Shown one piece after another: positions 34,898-48,516 of a DNA stretch of 64,000 bases. The notes beneath the pieces are model-generated. The model did not search any database. It saw nothing but the letters and a program-made list of their open reading frames with translations, and was not told where the DNA came from. The stretch covers positions 46,798 through 110,797 of the forward strand of contig MU619286.1 in assembly GCA_025201805.1 (NCBI GenBank). The letters run 5' to 3'. Every line of letters starts with the position of its first letter. The stretch's first letter is position 1. Source of the stretch: Parasitella parasitica NRRL 2501 (Eukaryota > Fungi > Mucoromycota). The translations under genes and the position numbers were made by a program.

Positions 34898-37788
34898 ATG
34901 GTCGAACTTACTCTTGCACCCAAAAGCATGAAGCGAAAGAGAACAAGCAAAAAAAAAGCAGATTCCTCTGATGAATTTGCTCGATATCCGGCTAGCTTTC
35001 ATCTTTCCGCTCTAACATATAAACAGGCTTCACAATCATTATGTATTTCTCCACGCAGTGTCTTGATATCAGTGCCGACTCCTCCCAATAAAACACAATT
35101 TAATGCTATAGCTGGTGATTTATTTAGTCTGGATGAACCTATTCGTAAAATACCCATCAAATTAATGGAAAATTATCACAAACAGCACACAATTACTCAT
35201 CTACAATGGAACCAAAAGGGGAATTCTGTCGCGTCTGTTGATGAAACAGGTCTACTGGCCTTATGGCATATTGAAGTGAGCTTTTGTGGTTTTTTTTTTC
35301 TTCAGAATGGGCATGTTTTAATGAATACGTAACATTTAATAGAATTCAGTTCATGAATGGGAATTGATCTACAAAACAGACTTGAAGCAACCATTAGCTG
35401 CGTTTCTATGGTTAAATGCTGATCGTTTGGTAACGTACATATCAGTACAATAAATCAAATAACTAACAAACTCTCAAATTTCATAGTATGCACAACAATC
35501 GGACGATTCCTTGAAGAGAGAACCTATCGTTGGACCTCGCAACCCTCACGGCCAGCACGCATTCGCCACAGCCACCGTTCACGGCGAAATAAAAGTACAT
35601 TTTCAACGTAATGGATCCCTTTTCTCCAGTTTTTCGACACCTATCCCTAATATTGGAAGGAGGGAAATTAGTAGAGCAGATGCTGGCTGCTTCGGTATGT
35701 CTTTGGCTGGTTTGGATGATTGGGAACGTATATCACATGCAGCAATCGTAATGAACAAGGACGGCAAAATATATTTGGCCACGCACAATGCATCGCTTCA
35801 ACCCAAATCTGTCTCTATTCACTCGATTCGCATCATTTTTCCCAAAAAACTTAACGAAAAAGGGGCAATTGAATGCAAATCAATTACTATTCTCAAGCTA
35901 AAGAAGCAATCCTTCGAGAATATAACACATCTCGCCTTCAAACATGACTTATCTGTTGAACTTGTAATAGGTTTGGGACAACAAGAGGCAGCTTATCTAT
36001 CCACATGGCAATTGGAGCAGACAAAAAAGTCGACATACAGTGCGTTTGGGACGATCACGCAGGATTTCCATAGTCTGGTCTTTCAATCCGGCATTGAAAT
36101 TACTGGACGCTTTATATCATCCTTGACAACATCTCGCGAGGGAAATATGATTATTGTGGGGCTTTCAGATGGCAGTATCCATGCTGATGTATTAGCAAGG
36201 AAGGGGTTTCTAAAAAGCACTACTCAAGGCGATTCAATTGACCCTACATTCTGTCAAATTACTGAACCCCATACAACAGAGGATGGCGTTATTGATCCAG
36301 TTGTAGACATTACGCTGTCACCGAATGAAACCCACATCATTTACAGCTTCTCAAGTGGTAAAATAGGTGTATCCAAATTGACAGATGACTCTTTCACAGA
36401 CGAATATGGTACAGTACACCCTGTTTCCCTTGATCCAGTTACTAATACACATTTATTTAATACAGTCAATACAGTCACTCAAAAATTGCAATTGTGCTTG
36501 TTAAACAATACAGACTATCTTGATCTGGTATCAGAATTAGTCTGCATGAATAAAGTGGAAGAACATAAAGGTACATTTATATTGGTACTCAAGTGGACTT
36601 GGACTATCTTACATTACATTGTATAGAAAAAGTCAATATTATTGTCAAAAATGTATTAAATTTTTACGAAATACATTGCAATGGAACCAAGGAACTGTCA
36701 AATCAGCCATTAGAAGATTGGAATCTTGCCAATTTAGAAAAAGCCTACGGATTTGCCATGGCTGTTTACAGTCGATTACCTGACAGTAAAATCCAAAGCA
36801 TCAATCTTTCAAGGGCTATTCAATTGCCCCTCATCCTAGAATGTTTTATCGGCAGTTGCACAACTGAGAATACTGACATCATGGCAATATTAAACAAACA
36901 AGCCATAGACACAAATGACAGGATAGAATTTGATCCTGATAGCTTATGGTCGCTGGTGTCATTATCTACATGGATCTACGATTATTTAAGATGGATTTTA
37001 CGTGAGTGGTACTTGCTGTTTAACAGTAAAAAGCCAAATGATGCCCGTGAGTTGTGTGTGTTTCTTCAACAAATAACTTTCTAACATTATTACATAGACA
37101 ATACAGATATAAACGATAAACTTGTGCATGCTGTTTTGCTCATCCATGCGGATTCAAGAACAACTCTTTGCAAAATCTTGAAACTAGTTTATCATTTTAT
37201 CCAATTCACGACAACTGCAAACTATCAATTAGAACATTTGCGTGGGTCACAATCACTGCTACAGAGATATACGACAACATTACTGAATAGCGAAATAATC
37301 ACTCTTGAAGACAATATAGAATTTTTGAACGCACTTGATTCCTTGAAGCCAAAGGATACTGGTAAGTCTATGATATGTGGCATTTTTTATAGGACTAAAA
37401 TGCTTTTATGTGGCTAGATGTTGAAAATCGATGGTCATTGCTGCTCTCCTCTAAATTGGAAAACTACACAGTTGCTGACATACAAAAAATATCTAATGAA
37501 TATCGTGATAAATGTGCCAAGCCGTCGATCTATCTCAAAAATGAATCTCTGTACAGATTCGATGTTATTAGTAAAAGACGCCTTCCTTCCAACATCAAAA
37601 CAATCCAATGCATGAGGTATATACGATTTGATACTGATATTGATATACTAAATCTTCATCCGTTGTATAGATGCCATCAGCCGACCCTGCTTATAGATCT
37701 TGAAAGAGATATGAATAATCCATGTTTTTCAGCACAATGGTATCAAAGTATTGGGAAACACTGCGTTTGTGCAGGTACTTTTTATTAA
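34898..37788 (+). CDS. MED16: Mediator subunit Med16 (Sin4), multi-exon
   Basis: ITHLQWNQKGNSVASVDETGLLALW|NSVHEW..., AFLWLNADR, DITLSPNETHI and a C-terminal CMRC...WYQSIGKHCVCAGTF Zn-ribbon typical of Med16. Confidence 0.8.
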
Positions 37789-38635
37789 ATTAATATCTAT
37801 TTATTCAATACTATTATTTATTAATGAGGGACACATCGTGGAGTGGTGGACCTCGAGAAACGGGGAAATTGAAAGAATTTACTTTTGAGACAAGGCAAAG
37901 GGAAAAGTTTGGCAATTTGACAAACTGTCTTGGGAGAGGGAAGTTTATATATAAAAAAAAAAAGGAGTATGACAGAGTTTTGATCCCCAGGTAGCCAATA
38001 AAGTTTTCACAGTTGCCAAAAATGTGGTAGCAATATGGGAGATGTATCGGGTTCGATCCTTTATAAAAGTAGGAATGTGACAGAATCGAATCGTGCCAAA
38101 AATCAATTCATTTATCAAAGGATAATATGCATAATATATATTTAGAGTATCCTGCCAAAGGGACCATTTAAACTCGCAATCAACAATGAAGTGCCGTAGA
38201 ATATCTACCTCTGTGCCACAAAAGGGATATGAAGCATTCGTAGGCCTTTTCTTGATCCAAAAGTAAGCCAGTTCTGGAATGGCTATAACAGTAGGCTTGT
38301 TCTAGTACTATTGATAGTACTAGTCCAATATCACATATGAACTTTTGTTGTAAGAATACAGATTGGTACGGATTAATTTGAATAATTTATTTTCGAAGAT
38401 TGATTGATTTTGGTAAGTCATTTTTGTATCAATAATAGTAGGGTGGAAACCCATTTATTTTTAGCTTAGTTTGGAGCATGTACATAGTGGGATCGGTTGT
38501 TGGTATAGCAAATCTCCAACCCCCACAACGTTTTTCAAGGTTTTCTTTGAGTTTCTCAATGTTTTTATTTATAAATTCTTTATGGTTGAAATGATTTATT
38601 AAATAGCGCTATGTGGTCCAGGTTTGAACTCGATC

Positions 38636-38756
38636 TACAGTGCATGGAACAAAAGTTATGACCAAATGTTTGTTAACTATGAAAATGAAAGCTTTTTTTG
38701 CACATAACTTTAGATAGAAACATCATCCAGTGGAAACCAAGTTATGCTTAGATAGC
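38636..38756 (+). mobile_element. Possible solo Tc1-like terminal inverted repeat relic
   Basis: TA-CAGTGCATGGAACAAAAGTTATGACCAAA, followed by cataacttt and aagttatg motifs. No partner end found in the window. Confidence 0.3.
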
Positions 38757-39293
38757 CCTGATCGTGTTTCTGTCAATTAGGCTTAGAACATCACTATCGT
38801 TTGTTCATGAAAAGTTTATGGATCTCTTATATTTTTTAACCTTTCTTCTTCTGGTGGAATTGGTATTTGGCAAAGCAAAATCGCCCTTTTGATGGGGGAT
38901 AGGGCAAGCAGCTAATTAAAGCAAGCAAAAATTACCAATTGGCACTAAAAGACTGTGTCAATAGGTAGAACTGTTGATGCAACTCACTAAAATATCAAAA
39001 GTGCACATTTTTATCGCATTGAATTTCGCATTGACGTTCGCATTGACGTTAGTAAATGTTCGATAAACATATTTTACACTGACCATTCAACACTATAATA
39101 AGAGGGCAAAATTTCTAGAACATAAGGGACAAATGGATTTTGTTATTGGGAGAGTTACATGTTGCTCATTGTGGCGTGTGGCGGTTTTTGGACTATAACA
39201 ATTTTTTTTTTTTTTTCATATAAAAAAACGCGCGCAAATCTTCAGAATTCTGATTTTACTTTCTATTTCTTTTACAAAAAAAAACAAATAAGA

Positions 39294-42200
39294 ATGTCTT
39301 TACAATTAGACTATAAACGCTTTCATAGAAGAGCTCGTTATTTAGCTAACAAATGGAAGGTGAGATCACACTTTTGTATAATGCCATTCGATCAACTAAT
39401 CCAAGAATAGAACGACGCAGAAACATTTCAAAACATCGATGCCATTGCGACTATCATTGGCGATGACGACTATGAAACTCCTTATATCAAGTCTCTTACA
39501 CTTCAAGTAGGATACATAAACGCATATTCTATCAATTAGTGTCGTATGTATAAAACTGAACTTTTATTTATGTAGACATGGTTATTAGGCATGCCCATCT
39601 ACCAGTTCCTTTTGCTAATCACACCTGATAAAATCACTGTGGTTTGTAGTCAAAAGAAAGCCGATATTATCGAAACTCTCAAACAAGGCGACAAACAAAT
39701 TACTTTGGAAGTCATTCGGCGAGGAAAAGCAGCAGAAGAAAATGTCCCATTATACAAAGACATTATTGATCAACTTCGAAATGTGAGGGAAAACGTCAAC
39801 TATTCCAATGAAACAAACTGACATAAAATTTGCGATAGAAACGCGTTGGCGTATTTTCAAAAGATAAATTCAAAGGCAAAAACATAGATGAGTGGACTAA
39901 AGCCTGTGCAAAGTACAACAAGGAATTCGAAGAAGTCGATATTTCGGGAGCAATTGCAAGTTGCTTGGCTGAAAAAGATGAAGAAGAAGTGGTATGATCA
40001 TTTTTACATTTTGAAATTTTGTGTTCGCAATACTTATTCTTGCAAACATGTAGAGACATGTTAAAACCGCAGCCAAAATCAGCGCCAACATGATGCAATA
40101 CTATTTTACTACGGAAATGTCCACATATATTGACGAGGAAAAGCCCATCACAAATGAAAAGCTGAGCGATTTGACCGAAAACGCACTAGAAGACCCCAAA
40201 ATAGCCAAGCGTATTCGTTTTCCACCTGAAATAGAGAACAAAGATGAAATTGACTGGTGTTATTCACCCATTGTTCAAAGTGGCGGTAAATTTGACTTGA
40301 GATCGTCTGCTCAGTCAAATACAGACAAGCTTTTCCCCGGTACAATTATCTGCAGCTTAGGCGTTCGATACAAATACTACTGCTCCAACATTGCTCGTAC
40401 ATTTTTGATCGATCCAAGTAAGACGCAAGAGAAAAACTACGAATTTTTAATGGAAGTCCAGGACCGTGTACTAGACAGCATTCGTGAAGGCGTGAAAATA
40501 AAGGACGTGTATCAAAAGGCGGTAGCTCTGATCAAACAGAAACGCCCTGATCTTGAAAAGAATTTCACCAAAAATGTAGGTTTCGGTATGGGTATAGAGT
40601 TCCGTGAAGCCAATTACCTCTTGAATGGTAAAAACACTCGCGAACTGAAGAATGGCATGATCTTGAATGTTCAAGTTGGTTTTGCAGACTTGGAAAACCC
40701 CAAATCAAGCGATTCTCGAGGGCAAAAATACGCTCTCATGTTGACCGATACTGTGCGTGTTACAAGTGATTCCAACATTGTTTTGACAGCTGATTGTAGC
40801 AAGAAATTAAACAAGATCTCTTACTTTTTCGATGATGCAGAAGATGGCGATAAAGAAGATGTCGTGGAATCGTCTTCCAGCAAAAAGAAGGCTGCTGCAA
40901 CTGGGCCTGCCGCTACTGTCAAGCGTGAATCTGCTGTGGCTAAATCTGCTATCCTTCGAAGCAAATTGAGAAACGAAGATCAAGAAGAAGAATCTCGTGA
41001 GCAGAAGCGTAAAGAACATCAAAAGCAGTTATTTGCTCAAAAGCTAGCCGAAGGTCTTGCCAAGTTCTCTGAAGCATCTGGAGATGGTGAAGGTGAAGAG
41101 AAGCCTGTCTTCCGTAAATTTGAAAGTTATCGTTCAGAAGCCAAGTTGCCTCGCGAAGTAAAGAATCTCAAAATTATCATTGACAGAAAACACGATTCGA
41201 TCATTTTGCCCATCTATGGCATGGCTGTGCCTTTCCACATTTCTACTCTTAAAAATGCTAGCAAGAGTGATGAAGGCGAGTATGTGATGCTTCGTTTGAA
41301 TTTCTTGACTCCTGGTCAAGCTGGTGGTAAAAGAGAAGACATGCCATTTGATGATGCCAATGCTACCTTTGTACGTGCCTTGACTTTCAGAAGTGCTGAT
41401 ACCTATCGTATGGGTGAAATTTACAAGGGCATTACCGATATGAAGAAGGAGGCTTCCAAGAAAGAAGCTGAGCGTCGCGAAATGGCTGACGTGGTAGAAC
41501 AAGACAACTTGATCATGGTCAAGGGCCGTCGTCCTCTTCGCCTCCAGGAAGTCAATGTTCGTCCTCAAGTCGAATCCAAGCGGCTACCTGGCGAACTCGA
41601 GATTCATCAAAACGGTGTAAGATATCAGTCTATCCGTTCTGATTCCTCGTTCAATGTACTATTCAGCAATATCAAACATCTCTTTTTCCAGCCATGCGAC
41701 AATGAACTGTTGGTATTAATCCATATCCATTTCAAGAATCCCATCATGATTGGCAAAAAGAAGACAAAAGACATTCAATTTTATCGTGAAGCATCCGATA
41801 TCCAATACGACGAAACTGGCAACAAGAGACGCAATAGGCATTATGGAGATGAGGATGAATTGGAGTCAGAGCAAGAAGAGCGTCGTCGCAGGGCTATCTT
41901 GAACAAGGAATTCAAGTCGTTTGCCGAGAAGATTGCCGAAGCTAGTGATGGTCGCATTGAATTGGATATTCCCTTCAGAGAGCTTGGTTTCCAGGGTGTT
42001 CCTAACCGATCCAATGTCTTACTGCAGCCAACAACCGACTGTCTTGTGCATTTATCTGATCCACCTTTCCTTGTCATTTCTTTAAACGAAGTCGAGTTGG
42101 CACATCTTGAACGTGTTCAATTTGGTCTGAAGAATTTCGATATGGTGTTTGTTTTTAAGGATTATCATCGCACTCCCATTCACATCAACACAATTCCTAT

Positions 42201-42739
42201 GTCTCAATTAGATAACGTCAAGGACTGGCTCGATTCTGTTGAAGTTGCATTCACCGAAGGCCCTGTCAATTTGAATTGGAGTATGATTATGAAAACCGTG
42301 AATGACGATACAGGAGAGTTTTATCGCAACGGCGGTTGGGGTTTCCTTGGCAACGGAAGTGATGTAAGTGATGGAATGCTGTCGATCATTGACATTAGCA
42401 GTTTACTGACAAAGATATTAGGACGAAGGTGACGGTATGGAATCCGAAACTGGCAGTGAATTTGAAATGAGTGTGGATGAATTTGATGAAAGCTCTAGTG
42501 ATGATGATGAAAGTGAAGCTAACTCTGCTTCTGAAGGTTCTGAAGAAGATGAGGACATGACTGATTCTGGTGAGGATTGGGACGAATTGGAAGACAAAGC
42601 GCGACAAGGTAAAACCAAGTAATGATTATCAATACCATTTTAAATGCTCAACTTTTTGTTTATAGCTGACGAACGTAAAGCAAAAAGAGGAAATGACTAC
42701 GACGACGATGCCCCTGCTAGAAAAAAACATAGACGTTAA
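39294..42739 (+). CDS. SPT16: FACT complex subunit Spt16, multi-exon
   Basis: WCYSPIVQSGGKFDL, SLGVRYKYYCSNIARTFLIDP, LPIYGMAVPFHISTLKNASK, LERVQFGLKNFDMVFVFKDY and an acidic tail. Last exon ends RKKHRR*. Confidence 0.97.
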
Positions 42740-42958
42740 ATAGCAGCGTCCGTTTGTCCACTCCACTACATCTCAAAAGATTTTTTTTTTTTTACATTCT
42801 AATATAAAAATAAAATGATCAAGGTAATTCATGTAACAAAAGCACCAAACAGTGCAAGCATACGCCACAACGCGATTTGAAAAAAGACGCACTGCTATAA
42901 AACAGACGTCTTTTTTCGTTCGTTATTGTCCATTCTTTTTTCACATTTACTGTATACT

Positions 42959-44083
42959 ATGGATCCAATTTGCAAACACGATCGTTACAACTTTAAAAGC
43001 AAAACAGATATTGATAGGCGAGTGCCCAAGACAAAGCCCAAGACAAAGTCCAAGCTAAAGCGTAAAATCATCACAACAGCAGTAGCATCTAAAGAAGAGG
43101 AAGAGGAAGAGGATATCTCGATAAAAGACATTGACACGGATAACCTCCCTAATCTACTCTGCAACTGTGCCATCTACATTCACAATTCTGCCAACCACAG
43201 CATTCTACGAGCAATCGCTGAAGGTCTCGGTGCAACTGTCATGTCAGATATCAATGCATCCACAACTCATGTCGTTATTCAGCCAAAAGGAGACCCAAAG
43301 CTCTTGAAGTTGGTCAAACAAGCTTCATCGAAACGTATAACATGTGCTTCGCCACAATGGCTGCTCGACTGTTATGAAAAAAGAAAGTACTATTCAGCAA
43401 CTCACTACCCCTATTCAATGGATAAAGAGGCTCATATCTTGAGTCTGGATAATGCAGAGACACCACCTATATTAGATCCTTTTGGCACCACATATATTGA
43501 TTACGATGCTCAGGAGAGCAGAAGATCTTATGGAGGACAAACAAATCTCGATGGATTTATAACAAGACAAGTCGATACACCGAACTCAGATTCTCCCAAT
43601 ACCTTGCACAATCAAGATGGCATGAATGCATCTTTTAAAAGTACAGCTCCGTATTCACCCAATGATCTTGATGAGCAAGAGGAGATGGCCAGAGAATTTT
43701 ATTACAACAGCAACGGAGAAGCCTCTACTTTTACTACAACTAACTCTGCTTCCCTTGAAGCACAGCCAGAAACCGAAGAGGAACTGCAAGAAAAACGAAA
43801 CCAAGCTGAAGAAAGAGCTTTAAAAGCAAAACTGGTTATTCAGCAAAGAATGTCTCGATTAGAGAAGGAGCCCTCAAGATCAAAGAAGGCGATACAGAGT
43901 GGATTTGGTGAGCGTTTGCGCATCTGGTATGGTGAGCAAACTGTACGCCAAGAAGACTCTCGAAAGAGAAGAGTTGTGCAAAGTGCATTGGGAAATCAAC
44001 AACAGCAAAATCAACGAATAGCATCATCTTCTACATCCACCCGTCGTCAATCAGCACAACAAGTAAAACGACCGAGAATGTAA
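42959..44083 (+). CDS. Single-BRCT-domain protein, intronless
   Basis: LLCNCAIYI...AIAEGLGATVMSDINASTTHVVI...CASPQWLLDCY...YPY follows the BRCT consensus (G-G, THLI, W--DC). Confidence 0.8.
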   Translation: MDPICKHDRYNFKSKTDIDRRVPKTKPKTKSKLKRKIITTAVASKEEEEEEDISIKDIDTDNLPNLLCNCAIYIHNSANHSILRAIAEGLGATVMSDINASTTHVVIQPKGDPKLLKLVKQASSKRITCASPQWLLDCYEKRKYYSATHYPYSMDKEAHILSLDNAETPPILDPFGTTYIDYDAQESRRSYGGQTNLDGFITRQVDTPNSDSPNTLHNQDGMNASFKSTAPYSPNDLDEQEEMAREFYYNSNGEASTFTTTNSASLEAQPETEEELQEKRNQAEERALKAKLVIQQRMSRLEKEPSRSKKAIQSGFGERLRIWYGEQTVRQEDSRKRRVVQSALGNQQQQNQRIASSSTSTRRQSAQQVKRPRM

Positions 44084-44921
44084 CTGCTTTTATTCCCCGT
44101 AATCCCATATTTCTTGCTTAGAATAGTTTTCCTGAATAACAATTTGCGTAAATTTATCCAAAATCGCACACATCACGCTGATTGCATAAAAAGGCTTAAT
44201 CATACATGCAGCCTTTCTGGGTAGGGGTAATATGGGAGTTTGTTCAGATTCCACAAGATTTACCGTGAGCTTTGAGCTTATTTTTGACTTTTTAATGTAT
44301 ATTGAAAAATACACCGTACCTCTATTAGAAAATTATTCCAAGTCTCCTATTCTTGCTACTCGGCTAGTTGTTTTACAGTAGCTTTGCAGTATCCTCTAGT
44401 TCAACGAAGGTGGCTCGACCGTATATGAAGCACTGTAGGCTGTCAAAGGCTTTCAAAATATAAAACACCCTATTAATAGCGCTGCATAGTCTGTTATACT
44501 TTTATGACACCCAAATAGGCTTGTTCTTCAAACTGTATAGGTAAAATGTGCCATTTCACTAATTAACCAAGCAGAACGTCTGCACAATTGAGATTGTCGA
44601 TTAATTGGTAAAGCGTGACCACAGGCCATAGCTAAATTTCATCCGTCTGTCTTATCACCTGATTTATTGCTTGAATAATCATTCAATTAAGGCTTATAGT
44701 GCAAGAGATTCACTATGAAACATACAACAAAAAGGCCAAGGAAATAAAACCCTGTATGATATCAAGGCTTACAAAATTTGGGAGTAGAGGCACTGTTTAT
44801 TTTTCGATCGCAGCGACAGCAATGATAGCAAGTGTTATGGTATTGTATAGCATTAATAGTTATATAATTGGAGAAATTTACATGTATTTTTTGTGTGGTC
44901 AAGTGCAGAGGGAGAGGGTTA

Positions 44922-46888
44922 TCAGTTGGATAGAAGATTATACAGTTCTTGGTGCGTTTTGTGTTGCAAGAGGTTTTCAATTTGTACATACAGTTTATAC
45001 TTTTCAGAATCAATTTTCTTTCGCTTCTTGTTATTTGGTGATGTTGTTGAATTTGGTTGCTGTTTTGATTGCTTTATTAATAACACATTTATGTAAGAAG
45101 GATTCTGCCAGATGTCCTACCTTTGCTTTTTCGATAATCTTTTTAAGTTTATCGTTATCAGGACTCCTACTGTTTTGAGGATTTTTTCCAGCTTGAAAGT
45201 AAGCCATATTTTGAAGCCACTAAGAGTAATGATGAAACGATCAAGTCGTGTCCAAAAAGAAGAGAAAAAAAAAGTGCGCTACTTACGTTTTCAATTTCAT
45301 TCTTATCGTCGTAGGTAGAATGAGATATAGGTTTATGAGATGTAGTTGGTGAAGTAAACACTGTTGGCGGTGTACTTACTTCGCTTGATGAAGAGGTTAG
45401 TGGGGATGGTATCGACTGTCTTTGGTCAATTGCCATATTCTTTCGCTTTTTTGCTTCTTCTATTGTTCTGTAACAAAGACGAGTAGAAAATCAGCTATTC
45501 ATTCACATCACAAATACAAATCACTAGTATTACTTTTTGGTATATTCTGCAAAATTCATGACAATGTTCTCAGAAGGAAGTGAGTGTTTGGAACCCTTCT
45601 TATCTGTGGTATTAACATTGCCTCGCGCTTTTCGCACTTTTTGCACTTTTTGCACTCGTTTATCTTTGTCTGTTCGTTTCATTTTTGGGCTGTCATCAAT
45701 GACATTCGCTATATAATGATGATATGCGCGTGATGGTAATTTATCATATATTACAGTTGGTTTCTTTTGTCGTCTCGGCGGTTTCTAGCAAGAATCGATC
45801 AATAAAAACCCAAATGTAATGCATAATGACATACTATTATATGTTCAATATGGTTAGGACAACGCCATTTCTTTGACGGATTGGGTGGTGAAGCCATGGG
45901 AGGGCTCAAACAGTCGAGGTGCCAGTGCAGTATACAGAAATCACATCCGATCATGGGTTTTCTTAGCGCCGTCTTTCGACACTGATAGCATAAAATGAAC
46001 TCTCCCGATTTGTCTTTCAATTGATAGTAATCTGGCTGCTCTACTTCACCGTGTCTATGTGTATGTGGGTTTACTCAGCACCATTACACGGACAACATCC
46101 ACCTCTACTTACTTGTATCGCACTCGCTTCGAAGTCGAAGTGTCATGATAGTCACCCTCTTTATCTGCTGCGACTAGTGGCCCATACCATCAGTCAAAAA
46201 TGTTGCATAAAGCCCCAATCCAACCAGCAAGCAACTTACCATTCTCAAAAAAGTTGATGATATCATCGGGCAAGCGGTATTCTAGAGGATTCCTCCATTC
46301 TATATCCACGATCAACTCATTGAATACCCCATCGTATTTAGATTTTGGTTTTGATTTCTTGGACTATAAGGGCATATGAGATATGTGCCTTTATCTGCAC
46401 TTTTTTCCCTGCTTACCTTTGGTTTTTTTGCGTCCATTTTCTTATGCTCGCATTCATTGCAGTACCAATTATCGCTCAGTTTTTCCAAATCCTCTGCATC
46501 CATTGGAGGTTCAACACATGTTAGATGAAATGCATTCGGGCAAGCATCGCAGCATAGAAATTGGCCAGTGCCACCGCACGCATCGCAGAGATCATGATTC
46601 TACGGTGCAGAATTCAATGACTGGTGCCTTTAAAAAAGACACATTTGCAAGAACTTACTTTTTTGTTGGCCTCAGCAAGGCTCTTTTTTTGAGTGTTTGT
46701 GGATTGGTAGTTTGCAGATTTACATTGGCGATGCCTAGTGTCTGCCAAGTCAAACGACAGCTCAATTGCATGATTTGCAGCTTGACTTACCTTGAGTCCG
46801 TTACGAGGTTTAATTTACGCTTGATTTCTCTGAGGTCAGGAGAAGCTGATCTAGCGTACATGTCATTTTCTGGATTTGAGAGTTTCAT
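44922..46888 (-). CDS. Double PHD-finger protein, Rco1/Cph-like (Rpd3S-associated), multi-exon
   Basis: PHD1 NHDLCDACGGTGQFLCCDACPNAFHLTCVEPP...WYCNEC; NPLEYRLPDDIINFF; PHD2 CYQCRKT...CDFCILHWHLDCLSPPMASPP...WRCPNH. Last exon stop at 44922-44924. Confidence 0.85.
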
Positions 46889-48447
46889 TGGTATATGTAT
46901 ATATATAAATAATCCTCCAAAAAAAGCAGCTAGTAGAGAGAAGCACTCGAGGATTCTGGTATAAAATAAAGGGGTTAAGAGGGTGATAGTTTGTGTACAA
47001 AGTAATTGAATGATTTAATGTTATTTTTTTTTTTTTTTTTGATATAAAGGGAGTTCTAATTTTCTTGCTGTGTTAGGAGGAAGCCAGAGGGAGTGTGTGT
47101 TAGGACAAGAAAAAATAGGAAAGAGGGAAAAAAGAAATTTAAAAAAGGTTTTATTTAAATAGTTTTGCGTGCGTGTACACCCGCCCGCTGTGGGCTACAG
47201 GCGATTGGGGCTTAAAACATTTCATGTATGCCAATATCTACATGGCAAAAAAAAAAAAAAAAAAAACTACCGGAGTTCGTTTGCACTGGCTATCAGCAAT
47301 GGTTTACGAGCGAGACATTGCAGTCTGAAAGGGCAGAGAAGGCCGTGACAAACCACGGGTAGACAGGAATCGATGATAGGGCCTACATTCAAGCACAACT
47401 CACGGAAGGTTGTCAAAGAGAGCTACAATCAGGCCTCTTCAACCATCGTCTAAAAGACATTGCCATGGTCTGCCTTCTCTTTGGTCCATCTTCTTTATGC
47501 CATGATGCCGCTATTTGATCATGAGTTGTGTACATGTTCAAGACAATAAAGCTCTGTTCTTGGGACATGTCCTTTTTTAAAATCCTTGAATGAGACAGAA
47601 AAAATCACAAGATAATAGGAATATACATGATGCCTAGGTCCATGGCAATATGTCCATGTAATTTGTTTGGTTTTTGCTGAGCATCCAAGCTTTACTTTGT
47701 TCTTGTACAGTCAATCTTTTTAAATAGGTATTGCATCAAAAGACATCCGAAAGCCAGAAGGAAGGAGGCGAGCCCATGATGGTTGGATGATCGTCATATA
47801 GTGCCACCTGTATATACTATCCAAGTATATGGTACTTTATGAGCCATATTCACTGTGTTTTACACCATATGAAAACTTGTATGATATCATAGATACTCAA
47901 CCAGTGTCTTGCTGATGTAATTTCTCGATATTCTAGGAGTGAGTTTTCCATTGCGTCTGTGTGTGGTTTGAAATAACTGAATGTTGTCAAACTAAACCTC
48001 GGCATCTAAAGGTAAATCGTCAATCTATATAATGTCTAGTTTTTACGGTGCAACTGCGCATCTACATACATGTATACAGATTTCATTACAAGTGCGAATA
48101 CAAACACTGCTAATCAATTAGACGGATTGTTCCTCTGGCGATTATCTTCTGATTAAGATTTTATTACGACTGTTGTGTTACCGATTTAATGAAAACTTCT
48201 CACTTGAAAACAATACTTAAACAATCAGGGCTTAAGGCGTTAAATCCAGTGCATGACACTTACTAGCAATTCACTTATTATCTAGTAAAAAGGCTAGAAA
48301 AAATACCTATCCCGTACATTTATAAAGCTGATCAAACTACAGGAACAGCAAAGAAAAGCGCCACAAATAAACAATGTATGTATACCTGGTGAGATACATG
48401 TAGTAATCAAACGAATGTTGTAAATGTAGCTTACATAAATTTCCTCG

Positions 48448-48514
<67 letters not shown>
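48448..48514. repeat. 67-nt poly(A) homopolymer
   Basis: Seen directly. The length may be an assembly artefact. Confidence 0.7.

Positions 48515-48516
<2 letters not shown>

Noticed and set aside
38030-38062. GGGTTCGATCC T-loop/B-box-like motif suggesting a tRNA
   Set aside because: No cloverleaf, acceptor stem or properly spaced A-box can be built.
44699-45178. 159-aa hydrophobic plus-strand ORF
   Set aside because: Antisense to the last exons and 3'UTR of the PHD gene; no family features.
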